Shown: positions 46,514 to 55,031 of the stretch, piece by piece | Position numbering within the stretch: the first letter of the stretch is position 1 | How the letters are laid out: the number at the start of each line of letters is the position of its first letter | NCBI GenBank assembly: GCA_965140705.1 | Contig: OZ223300.1 | Span: forward strand, 320,001-384,000 | Length of the DNA stretch: 64,000 nucleotides | Reading direction: 5' to 3' | From: an uncultured Arcobacter sp. | Lineage (GTDB): Bacteria > Campylobacterota > Campylobacteria > Campylobacterales > Arcobacteraceae | Program-made: the position numbers and the translations under genes | The notes under the pieces: generated by a model | Databases searched by the model: none | Told to the model about the DNA's origin: nothing | Seen by the model: the letters and a program-made list of their open reading frames with translations, nothing else

Positions 46514-46622
46514 AAGAAAATTATAACAGCTGATAATGAATGGTTAAATAATCAATAGTTAATGGATAGATAATGTAACTTATTTGTATAAATAACAAAA
46601 TTATATGCTTCATGTTAAAATA

Positions 46623-46652
46623 TTGACAACTAAATGTATTTATTGTTATAAA
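46623..46652 (+). promoter_or_regulatory. sigma70 promoter of the nuclease-like gene
   Basis: TTGACA-N18-TATAAA with a TG extension. Confidence 0.5.
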
Positions 46653-46671
46653 ATAAATAGAAAGGTTATTT

Positions 46672-48066
46672 ATGCTTGATTCAATAAATGAAAACTCAAA
46701 AGAAGATTTACTTTTATTTGAGGAGTTTAAACAAACGGTATTAATCGAGGGGAATAGTTTTTTTAATAAAAAGATAAGAATTTTTTCAGAAAAAAACTTT
46801 TCTACTTTTGAAGACAGATATATAAAAAACTATATATCAGATAAAAATTATTCTTTTCTTGAAAAAATCGATTTACAAACTTCGAATACTACAGATTCAT
46901 TTAAACATTTGTTTGCTAATTATTTATGGTTGTATAATTATTTCTTTTCATCTATAAGAAATCATAGATATTATAAAGTAGGGAGAACCTTTGAAGCTAA
47001 AATCAAAGATGTAAGTTTTTTATTAGGTAAAGATTTAAATGAAAATTTTTTCCCAAAATATGGATTTGCAAATTGTGGGATTTCTTATAATCAAAATAAA
47101 TATGAAGAGTTATGTGTAATTCATTCTTTTATAAAGAAACTATCAAAAGAAAAAGATTTAATTAATAGAGAAGAAGATTTAGAAAATGTAATAAAATCAA
47201 TTAATGTTAAAAATGAATTAGAGTTTTATCATGGTAAAGAATATAAAAAAGCTGGAATAAAATCCATTTTATTATTTTTATTATTTCCTAATAAATATGA
47301 ACCAATAGTAAGTTATACCGATAAAGAAATGATAGTAGAGCATTTTTTAGAAGAAAGAGGTGATGATATTGATAAAGATATACTAAAAATAAGAAAACAA
47401 TATAATATAAAAACAAGTTTTTATGTAGATGATTTAATTTATAAATGGAATAAAAACAAACAATTAACTCAAATAATAAAAAATAAGTTTCAATTGGGAG
47501 ATATTAAATTAAAAGAATTCAATAAAATAGAAAAAATAAGTGTATTAGCTGATGAAGACTTTCAAGAAAAAGAAAAAAATAAAAGAAGAAGGGGTTTAGA
47601 AGCAGAAGAAATAGTTTTTTGTTATTATAAGGAGTATATAAAAAAAATAAAAGACCCAAGTATAATATTAAATATATTGCGAGATTTAAAACTTATAAAT
47701 TTCTCTAAAATGCATAATATTCTAAGTCGTAAGTCAATAGGTGAATTATGCCATTATTCAAAATATATTGATACTTATGCTCCTTTTGATTTGATATGTC
47801 CTATAGATAGAAAGGTGTTTTTTATTGAAGTTAAATCTACAATGGATGGGAGTACAATATATCTATCATATAATGAGTTGAGATTTGCTGTTGAAAATAT
47901 TAATAATTATTTATTAATAGTAGTTTTTAATGGGAAGATATATGAAGTAGAGGAACTAAATGATAATTTAGTAATAATTTATGAAAAGTTAGAAAGTTTG
48001 AAAAAAGAGTTTTCTTTTTTAGAGATTAATAAAATTAAAATAGCATTAAAAACAGTTACTAATTAG
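46672..48066 (+). CDS. DUF3883/NOV-C type PD-(D/E)xK nuclease domain protein, candidate restriction/defence gene
   Basis: RRGLEAEE, PFDL...FIEVKST...LSYNE motifs; visibly more AT-rich than neighbours. Confidence 0.7.
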   Translation: MLDSINENSKEDLLLFEEFKQTVLIEGNSFFNKKIRIFSEKNFSTFEDRYIKNYISDKNYSFLEKIDLQTSNTTDSFKHLFANYLWLYNYFFSSIRNHRYYKVGRTFEAKIKDVSFLLGKDLNENFFPKYGFANCGISYNQNKYEELCVIHSFIKKLSKEKDLINREEDLENVIKSINVKNELEFYHGKEYKKAGIKSILLFLLFPNKYEPIVSYTDKEMIVEHFLEERGDDIDKDILKIRKQYNIKTSFYVDDLIYKWNKNKQLTQIIKNKFQLGDIKLKEFNKIEKISVLADEDFQEKEKNKRRRGLEAEEIVFCYYKEYIKKIKDPSIILNILRDLKLINFSKMHNILSRKSIGELCHYSKYIDTYAPFDLICPIDRKVFFIEVKSTMDGSTIYLSYNELRFAVENINNYLLIVVFNGKIYEVEELNDNLVIIYEKLESLKKEFSFLEINKIKIALKTVTN

Positions 48067-48187
48067 AGGTTAATATTTTTGTTCTAATCAAGGAAGTTAG
48101 TGATTTTTGAGCCAAGGAGCATAGGCTCCTATGTGAGTGCTCAAAAATTGCTAGATGACGCAGAGTAGGGCAAAAGATTGACCTCTA
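48064..48187 (+). repeat. ERIC-like palindromic element (124 bp)
   Basis: TAGAGGTTAAT...ATTGACCTCTA termini; core TCAAGG...AGGAGCATAGGCTCCTATGTGAG...GACGCAGAG. Confidence 0.7.
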
Positions 48188-49141
48188 AACTCTTGCTTCT
48201 TCTCTTTTTTGTAGATACTCCCATTTGGCATCTACTCTTTTTTGCCATTCTTCTATGATATACTCATTTTCTGGTTTAAACAGGTGTTTAAATCTTGGTT
48301 GAAATGCTAAGTAATCTCTTACTGGCACTATATTTTTGGGTCTGTATGTTATATTTAATTCTGTTCCATCTATGATTTCATATAGTGGGAAAACTAGTGA
48401 ATCAACTGCTAAATCTGAGGCTTCTATTGTCTCGTGTGGTTGGAACTTCCACTCAGTTGTACAGGCGCTCATTGCATTTATAAATACAGGTCCCTTTGTA
48501 TCAAACCCTGTTTGGATTTTTTTTACCATATCTTTCCATTTGTTTGGTGCTACTTGTGCCACATATGGTGAACCATGTGCTGCCATGATTGCTAATATAT
48601 CTTTTTTATTTCTTTTTTCACCATAAGAAGTACTTCCTGCTGGTGCTGTTGTTGTAGATGAACCAATAGGAGTAGAAGATGATCTTTGACCTCCTGTATT
48701 TGCATAAACTTCATTGTCTAAACAAACATACATCATATCATGACCTCTTTCAAAACAACCAGAAATCCATTGGAAACCGATATCATAAGTTGCTCCATCT
48801 CCACCAAATGTTACAAATTTTGGTTCAGGAGTTGATGGGTCGATTTTCCCTTTTTTTCTTAGAACTTTATTCATAGTCTCAGCCCCTGCAATTGCAGTTG
48901 AAGCATTTTCAAATCCTATATGAATCCAAGAACAGTCCCATGAAGTATGAGGATATATAGCTGTACAAACTTCCAAACATCCAGTTGCTGCTGATACTAC
49001 TAAGTTATCATTTGTAGCATTTAATACTTCTCTTACAATAATTGAGTGTGCACAACCTGGACATAAAACATGAGAACCCTCAAATCTTTCAGCCGCAGTT
49101 GAAAATGTTTTTAAGTTTTTGATTACTTTTTGATTGCTCAT
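48185..49141 (-). CDS. porB: Pyruvate:ferredoxin oxidoreductase beta subunit
   Basis: CPGCA, TGCLEV, GGDG TPP motif, DNEVYANTGGQ. Confidence 0.95.
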   Translation of the reverse strand: MSNQKVIKNLKTFSTAAERFEGSHVLCPGCAHSIIVREVLNATNDNLVVSAATGCLEVCTAIYPHTSWDCSWIHIGFENASTAIAGAETMNKVLRKKGKIDPSTPEPKFVTFGGDGATYDIGFQWISGCFERGHDMMYVCLDNEVYANTGGQRSSSTPIGSSTTTAPAGSTSYGEKRNKKDILAIMAAHGSPYVAQVAPNKWKDMVKKIQTGFDTKGPVFINAMSACTTEWKFQPHETIEASDLAVDSLVFPLYEIIDGTELNITYRPKNIVPVRDYLAFQPRFKHLFKPENEYIIEEWQKRVDAKWEYLQKREEARV

Positions 49142-49150
49142 ATTTTCTCC

Positions 49151-50380
49151 TTAGTGTTCATAAAAACTTAACTCAGGACCTCTTACACCATGTAGTGTTT
49201 GAATTTTCCCATTAAGTTTTCCATTTTTTGCTTCTTCATTTAAAGAAACAAAAATCTCTTTTAATTCATTTACAATAATATCTCTTCCACCTAAACCATA
49301 TACTAAGTTTTTAAGTATTGGACGAGCAGGTGTATTAAAAAGTGCTCCTGCAACTTCATTATATAAAGTTCCAACTGTCCCACCTGGGGCACTTCTATCC
49401 ATACATGCGATAGCTTTTACATTTTGTAATTTTTCAGCCAATTGTGTAAGAGGGAATGGTCTAAATACTCTTGGTGCTAAAACACCTGCTTTTATTCCAC
49501 TCTCTTCTCTTATTGCATCAACTGCTATCATCGCTGTTTCATATGTAGTTCCTAAACATATAATTACGACATCTGCATCTTCTACTTTATATGACTCTAC
49601 AAGATTGTATTTTCTACCACTAATTTTTCCAAACTCATCAAAAACTTCTTCCACAACTGAAAGTGAACCCATTAAAGCTGCATGTTGTTTAGCTTTGTGC
49701 TCAAAGTGCCAGTCATGTTCTGTTTGAACACCATGTGTAACAGGATTTGTAAAATCAAGCATTGCATTTACTTGTAAATAATCACCTACAAAATCATAAG
49801 CCACTTTATCAGATAAAGGTCTTACTGTTTGAGCTGTATGAGAAGTCAAAAATCCATCTTGATTAGAGATAACTGGAAGTCTTACATCTTTGTGTTCACC
49901 TATTTTAAAAGCACATAAAGTTAAATCATAAGCTTCTTGTGCATTAAATGAGTCTAACTGAATCCATCCTGCATCTCTTGTAAGATACATATCTGAATGA
50001 TCACCATTTACATTTAAAGGTGCTGCTAGTGCTCTATTTACTAAGCATAAAACAACAGGGATTCTCATACCAGAACATTGATATAAAACTTCTACCATCA
50101 AAGCACAACCTTGTGATGAAGTAGCAGTTGCTACTCTTCCACCAGCAGCTCCTGCACCAACACAACCAGACATAGCAGCATGTTCTGATTCCACCATAAT
50201 GATTTCTCCATCCACATATCCATTTGCATGAAAAGAAGCATAAGTTTCAACTGTATTTGTTGAAGGTGTTATAGGATAAGCAGCAACTACATCAACAGCT
50301 GCTTGTCTAAATGCTTGTGCATTACAGGTATTCCCATCCCAAACTTCTACTTTATTTAGTTCCATTTCTTTGCTATTCAT
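49151..50380 (-). CDS. porA: Pyruvate:ferredoxin oxidoreductase alpha subunit
   Basis: AYPITP, ESEHAA, TATSSQG, FRPFP, YGLGGR. Confidence 0.95.
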   Translation of the reverse strand: MNSKEMELNKVEVWDGNTCNAQAFRQAAVDVVAAYPITPSTNTVETYASFHANGYVDGEIIMVESEHAAMSGCVGAGAAGGRVATATSSQGCALMVEVLYQCSGMRIPVVLCLVNRALAAPLNVNGDHSDMYLTRDAGWIQLDSFNAQEAYDLTLCAFKIGEHKDVRLPVISNQDGFLTSHTAQTVRPLSDKVAYDFVGDYLQVNAMLDFTNPVTHGVQTEHDWHFEHKAKQHAALMGSLSVVEEVFDEFGKISGRKYNLVESYKVEDADVVIICLGTTYETAMIAVDAIREESGIKAGVLAPRVFRPFPLTQLAEKLQNVKAIACMDRSAPGGTVGTLYNEVAGALFNTPARPILKNLVYGLGGRDIIVNELKEIFVSLNEEAKNGKLNGKIQTLHGVRGPELSFYEH

Positions 50381-50793
50381 TATTTCTCACCTTTTTCTTT
50401 TTTAAGAGGCCACTTTGTAAGCGCTATTTCATTTTTTTCTGTTTCATTAAACATCATCAATGATTTTGGATTGGTAGGACATACTTCAACACATATTCCA
50501 CAACCTTTACAGTGGTCATAATCTATACCTTGTATCTCTTTGTTTCTTGAGATTACCGCACTATCTGGACAATAAACCCAACAGTTTTGGCAATCAATAC
50601 ATAATTCAGTATTCCATACTGGCTTCATTACTCGCCAATCCCCCACATAAAGGTTTTTAGAGTTTGTTTCTGCATATGTTCTATCTTCTGGATTTGTTTC
50701 TGCTAGTACAGACTCAATCGCTTGGTCAAATGAAAAAAGTGCCGCCCCAGGTACTAATTCATCCCATCCCATATCTTTTATTGATTTACTCAT
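50380..50793 (-). CDS. porD: Pyruvate:ferredoxin oxidoreductase delta subunit
   Basis: GDWR..KP and two CxxCxxCxxxCP ferredoxin motifs. Confidence 0.95.
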   Translation of the reverse strand: MSKSIKDMGWDELVPGAALFSFDQAIESVLAETNPEDRTYAETNSKNLYVGDWRVMKPVWNTELCIDCQNCWVYCPDSAVISRNKEIQGIDYDHCKGCGICVEVCPTNPKSLMMFNETEKNEIALTKWPLKKEKGEK

Positions 50794-50803
50794 GATTTAC
50801 TCC

Positions 50804-51367
50804 TTAGTGTACTTCATTATATGCTCTCTCAATAGCAATCATATTTGCATCGATTATCTTTTGAGGAAGTTTTTTAAGTACTGATTTCATTGCATTTTGG
50901 AAATAATCCAATTCAAACATACCACTTACTTTCATAAACGCCCCTAGCATTGGTGTATTTGGAATAGGTCTTCCTATTGTCTCTTGAGAAATTTGCAAAC
51001 AGTCTAAAATGAATGTTCGATCTTCTCTACCATGTAAAGCTGGAATTGCTTCTATTAACTCTTCTTTACTAAGATGTGTTGTAATTATGTATTTAGTATC
51101 TTCCGTTTCATTAGCTGTAAAGTCATCTGTAAACGCTAATGCTGGGTCTAATATAAATACAAAGTTTGGTTGCATGAATTTCTCATGATTTATGATTTGC
51201 CTGTCATCTATTCTGTTATAAGCAGTCATAGAAGCACCCCTTTTTGCAGATCCATAAAATGCAAAAGCTTGAACTTCTTTCCCCGTTTCTGCTACAACTG
51301 AACCTAGACCTTTTGCACCAGTAACTGCCCCTTGTCCTGCTCTACTGTGCCATCTAATTTCTAACAT
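50804..51367 (-). CDS. porC: Pyruvate:ferredoxin oxidoreductase gamma subunit
   Basis: EIRWHSRAGQG, FYGSAKRG, PNTPMLGA. Confidence 0.93.
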   Translation of the reverse strand: MLEIRWHSRAGQGAVTGAKGLGSVVAETGKEVQAFAFYGSAKRGASMTAYNRIDDRQIINHEKFMQPNFVFILDPALAFTDDFTANETEDTKYIITTHLSKEELIEAIPALHGREDRTFILDCLQISQETIGRPIPNTPMLGAFMKVSGMFELDYFQNAMKSVLKKLPQKIIDANMIAIERAYNEVH

Positions 51368-51866
51368 TATTAGCTCCTATAATATTAACTATAAGTATAT
51401 TTTATGACTAAATTTTTAATAAAGTCACAATAACTGCAAGTATTCTATCGCTATAAATCTTCAGTGAATTTTAATTCAATATGTATAATATTTTCTTATA
51501 AGTAAAGTTGAAGAATTAGGTGGTTTTTAGGTACATTTTTGTAGAAAATAAATAGAGCAAATGACCATTAAGTCATTCATAAGCTTATATTCATATTTAG
51601 AAATTATGGAAAATTTTTTTCTGAAGTTATATAAATCCCTTTAAATAGACTATCAAAGTAGATTTATAGAAAAAAAACAAGAAAAATAACTTTTAATCTT
51701 AAATTTTACTTAAAATCATAAAATTATGAGCAAAATAAAAAATTTTATGAAAGAAAATAGAAAAATTCCAATTTTTTAAAGGAAATTTTTCTAAAAAATA
51801 GTCCAGATTTTAAAAGTGAGTAGAATTGAATTAAATAAAAAACTAATAGTTCTAGTTAAATTAGAA

Positions 51867-52523
51867 CTAAGTTTTTAGAGTATATTCTTGAATTAATTCA
51901 ACAGCTTTGAGTGAATCCATAGTAACAAAATTTGTAAGTTCTCTTAAATCCTCTTCTTTACCATATCCACACAATACACCTACACAATTTATTTCAGCCC
52001 CATTTGCAGAAATCAAATCCAAATGAGTATCTCCTACCATCCAAACATTAGAACCTTTTTTTATGTTCATTTGGTTTAGTGTTTTTAAAATAGGCTCTGG
52101 ATGAGGTTTTGGATTTTCTACATGTTCCCTTCCTGTAACTATTTCAAAATATTTTAAAATATCAAAATGCTCTAACAATGGAATAGTGTAGGCTCCTGTT
52201 TTAGTTGTAACTACTGATAATCTTGCAAATTTACTTGCTAGTTCTAAAGCCTCTTTTGCATTTTCAAGTAGAAGAGTTTTTTTAGTTGATATTTGTTTAT
52301 ATCTTTGTTTATATGCAGCAACATAATCCCAAGCTAACTCTTTTTCTATACCTAATTCCATGTACATTATTTCTAAAGGATAACCAATAAGGGATTTGAT
52401 ATCTTCATCATCTCCTGTAAATTGATAATTCATCACTTCAAATGAGTGGTGAAAGGTAGATACAATAGCATCTGTAGAATCAATTAATGTTCCATCTAAA
52501 TCAAATAATATTACATTTTCCAA
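51867..52523 (-). CDS. HAD-family hydrolase (phosphoglycolate phosphatase-like)
   Basis: FDLDGTL, VTTK, KPHP, VGD motifs. Confidence 0.9.
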   Translation of the reverse strand: MENVILFDLDGTLIDSTDAIVSTFHHSFEVMNYQFTGDDEDIKSLIGYPLEIMYMELGIEKELAWDYVAAYKQRYKQISTKKTLLLENAKEALELASKFARLSVVTTKTGAYTIPLLEHFDILKYFEIVTGREHVENPKPHPEPILKTLNQMNIKKGSNVWMVGDTHLDLISANGAEINCVGVLCGYGKEEDLRELTNFVTMDSLKAVELIQEYTLKT

Positions 52524-52535
52524 ATATTTTCCTTT

Positions 52536-54053
52536 TTAATCATCTTCTTTTATCCAATCTTTTTGATTATGAGTTATTCCTATAAAAGATGGCTCTATAT
52601 TTTTTATTTTTTTACTAACTACCGTAATTGAGTTTGGAATATATAAAAACAAATATGGCGTATCATGGGCAATTATACGAAATATTTTTTTGTATATTTT
52701 ACTTAAGCTCTTTTTATCAATAGTAGTTGCTCCTTTTACAATAAGCTCATCTACTTCTTTATTTGAATAGCCTACTAAATTAAATCCACCCTTTTTCATA
52801 GATTCACTATGCCATAAGGGGTAAGCATCTGGCATAAGAGCTAGATTCCATCCTAATACAATGGCTTCAAAGTTTCTAGGATGAACAATTGTATTTAAAA
52901 ATGCTTGCCACTCCATCACTCTTATTTTCATCTTAACACCAATCTTTGCCAATTGGTATTGGATGATTTGAGTTGCATTTATTCTTATATCATTTCCTGT
53001 ATTTGTAATAACTTCAAAGCTAAGGGGATGTTTTTCATCATATCCTGCAAGTTTTAATAAACGTTTTGCCTCTTTTATATTTTGTTTTATGGGTTTAACG
53101 GTATCATCATAAGCAAAAGTTTCTGGCAAAAAAGGTCCATTACAAACTTTACCATGTCCAAAAAATAAAATATCTATTATCTCTTTTCTATTTATGGCTA
53201 GGGATAAAGCTCTTCTTACTCTTATATCCTGAAACTTCTTTTTTCTTAAATTAAAACCTAGATAATCATAAGAAAATGCTGGTTTTTCTATTATTTGATA
53301 ATGCTTTTTAAACTCTTTATCTATTTGTCTATCTATTTGTAGAGGACTTAATCCTCCTAGATCAAGTTTACCTTGTTTTAAATATAAAAAAGAGGTATTA
53401 GCATCTGGCAAAAACTTAAAATTTAGTTCATCAATTTTTGGTCTACCTTCAAAATATTTATCGAAGGCATAAAGTTTTATATCACTTCCTAATTTAAAGC
53501 CATTAATTTTATATGGACCTGTTCCTATTGGGTGTTTATTAAAAGAGCTTGTCATAAGGTCTTTTTCATCTTTTAAAATATGTTTTGGGATTATACCAAA
53601 CATCCAAATTTCTAAGGCTTTGAAGTAGGGCTTTTTATAGACAACTTCTATAGAATAGTTATCTATTTTAGATAGGCTTTTTACTTCTTTAAAATATGAC
53701 TTGATTGTAGTATAAACTTTTGGGTCATTTATTTTTTCATAGGTAAAGATTACATCATCAGCTGTGAATTTTTCTCCATCTTGCCATAATACATTTTTTT
53801 TAAGATTTATTATTAAGTGAGTAGAGTCAATAAATCTATAAGAAGAGGCTAGGTCTGTAGTTACTTGTCCATTTTTGTCATATTTAAATAAGCCATTAAA
53901 TATCCAACCAGAAATTTCACTACTAGCTGAGTCATTTGCCAATATTGTATTTAATCTAATAGGCGAACTAGTTATTGACATATTTAGAGTACTAGCATTT
54001 GTAGTGTTTAACAAACAACAAATAGTAAATAATAGAATGGCTAACTTTTTCAT
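52536..54053 (-). CDS. Peptide/nickel ABC transporter substrate-binding protein (family 5)
   Basis: Signal peptide MKKLAILL (start reassigned to 54053); WQDGEKFTADDV, PIGTGPY, VRRALS. Confidence 0.9.
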   Translation of the reverse strand: MKKLAILLFTICCLLNTTNASTLNMSITSSPIRLNTILANDSASSEISGWIFNGLFKYDKNGQVTTDLASSYRFIDSTHLIINLKKNVLWQDGEKFTADDVIFTYEKINDPKVYTTIKSYFKEVKSLSKIDNYSIEVVYKKPYFKALEIWMFGIIPKHILKDEKDLMTSSFNKHPIGTGPYKINGFKLGSDIKLYAFDKYFEGRPKIDELNFKFLPDANTSFLYLKQGKLDLGGLSPLQIDRQIDKEFKKHYQIIEKPAFSYDYLGFNLRKKKFQDIRVRRALSLAINRKEIIDILFFGHGKVCNGPFLPETFAYDDTVKPIKQNIKEAKRLLKLAGYDEKHPLSFEVITNTGNDIRINATQIIQYQLAKIGVKMKIRVMEWQAFLNTIVHPRNFEAIVLGWNLALMPDAYPLWHSESMKKGGFNLVGYSNKEVDELIVKGATTIDKKSLSKIYKKIFRIIAHDTPYLFLYIPNSITVVSKKIKNIEPSFIGITHNQKDWIKEDD

Positions 54054-54087
54054 GGTGTATTGTAATATCTTTTTATAAAAAAGTGCA

Positions 54088-54118
54088 TAAAAAAAGGAGC
54101 AACAAATGTCGCTCCTTT
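54088..54118 (-). terminator. Intrinsic terminator of rplM-rpsI
   Basis: AAAGGAGCGAC...GTTGCTCCTTT stem followed by a U-run on the minus strand. Confidence 0.8.
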
Positions 54119-54140
54119 GAGTTTGATAATAAAATACCAA

Positions 54141-54530
54141 TTATCTTTTTGAGAATTGAGTAGATTTTCTTGCTTTTTTCTTTCCGTATTTTTTTCTCTC
54201 TACAGATCTTGCATCTCTAGTTAGTAATCCATAAGGTTTTAAAATAGCTCTAAATTGTTCATCAAATGCAACTAATGCTCTTGAAATACCATGTTTTGCA
54301 GCATCAGCTTGTGCAGAATATCCTCCACCAAGAGTTTTAACAACGATATTTACAGAAGATTCTTGTTTAGAAACTTCTAAAGGTCTCATTACTCTTTTTT
54401 TGATAGCTTCGTGTCCACCTAACCATGCGTCTAAAGTTTGACCATTAATAGAAACTTGTCCATTACCAGCTTCTAACCATACTTTTGCGATAGAAGATTT
54501 TCTTCTTCCAGTTGCGTATACTTTTGCCAT
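54141..54530 (-). CDS. rpsI: 30S ribosomal protein S9
   Basis: ATGRRK, GGG, LLTRD.R.VERKK, QFSKR. Confidence 0.99.
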   Translation of the reverse strand: MAKVYATGRRKSSIAKVWLEAGNGQVSINGQTLDAWLGGHEAIKKRVMRPLEVSKQESSVNIVVKTLGGGYSAQADAAKHGISRALVAFDEQFRAILKPYGLLTRDARSVERKKYGKKKARKSTQFSKR

Positions 54531-54535
54531 TAGTC

Positions 54536-54955
54536 TTATCCTTTAATTTGCGCAGTGTGAGGGTGTTCGCTACCTGCGTATACTTTTAATTTTTTTAACA
54601 TTGTTTTACCAAGTTTAGTTTTTGGTAACATCCCTCTTGTAGCTAATTTATATAACTTTTCAGGATTTTGTTCAAACATATCAGACATTTTGTGAGTTTT
54701 TGTACTACCAAAATACCCTGAGTGTGTATAGTAATTTTTTGTTTCTAGTTTAGTTCCAGAAAATTTTGCTTTTGTTGCATTTATAATAATTACATTATCT
54801 CCGCAGTCTACATGAGGAGTATAATTTGTTTTATTTTTACCTCTTAAGATTGTAGCAACTTCAGTAATGATTCTACCAAATACTTTATCAGTTGCATCTA
54901 TAATAACCCAATCTCTTTCGATTTCATTGGCTTTTGCCATTTGAGTGAATTTCAT
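54536..54955 (-). CDS. rplM: 50S ribosomal protein L13
   Basis: [22 protein letters not shown]. Confidence 0.99.
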   Translation of the reverse strand: MKFTQMAKANEIERDWVIIDATDKVFGRIITEVATILRGKNKTNYTPHVDCGDNVIIINATKAKFSGTKLETKNYYTHSGYFGSTKTHKMSDMFEQNPEKLYKLATRGMLPKTKLGKTMLKKLKVYAGSEHPHTAQIKG

Positions 54956-55031
54956 CTACATTCTCCGATTTAATTAATGAGGTGCAATAATAGTGTAGTA
55001 ATACTTATATTTTGCTTAAATTAAGTATTTT

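Noticed and set aside
46280..46515. Plus-strand SD + ATG mini-ORFs in the duplicated units (MKKDVRIRLVKKV and MKTFVFVL)
   Set aside because: The two copies read the shared sequence in different frames, and promoter and terminator polarity point to the minus strand, so a non-coding RNA fits better
46228..46540. Possible CRISPR array
   Set aside because: Only two long units with a 210-bp period, no repeat-spacer pattern and no cas genes in the window
54091..54118. rpsI terminator contains CATTTGTTGCTCC, resembling the sRNA linker
   Set aside because: It is part of a paired terminator stem with no own promoter or 5' hairpin; probably coincidence
54054..54140. N-terminal extension of the peptide-binding protein in the ORF track
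   Set aside because: It overlaps the rpsI terminator; the signal peptide begins at ATG 54053
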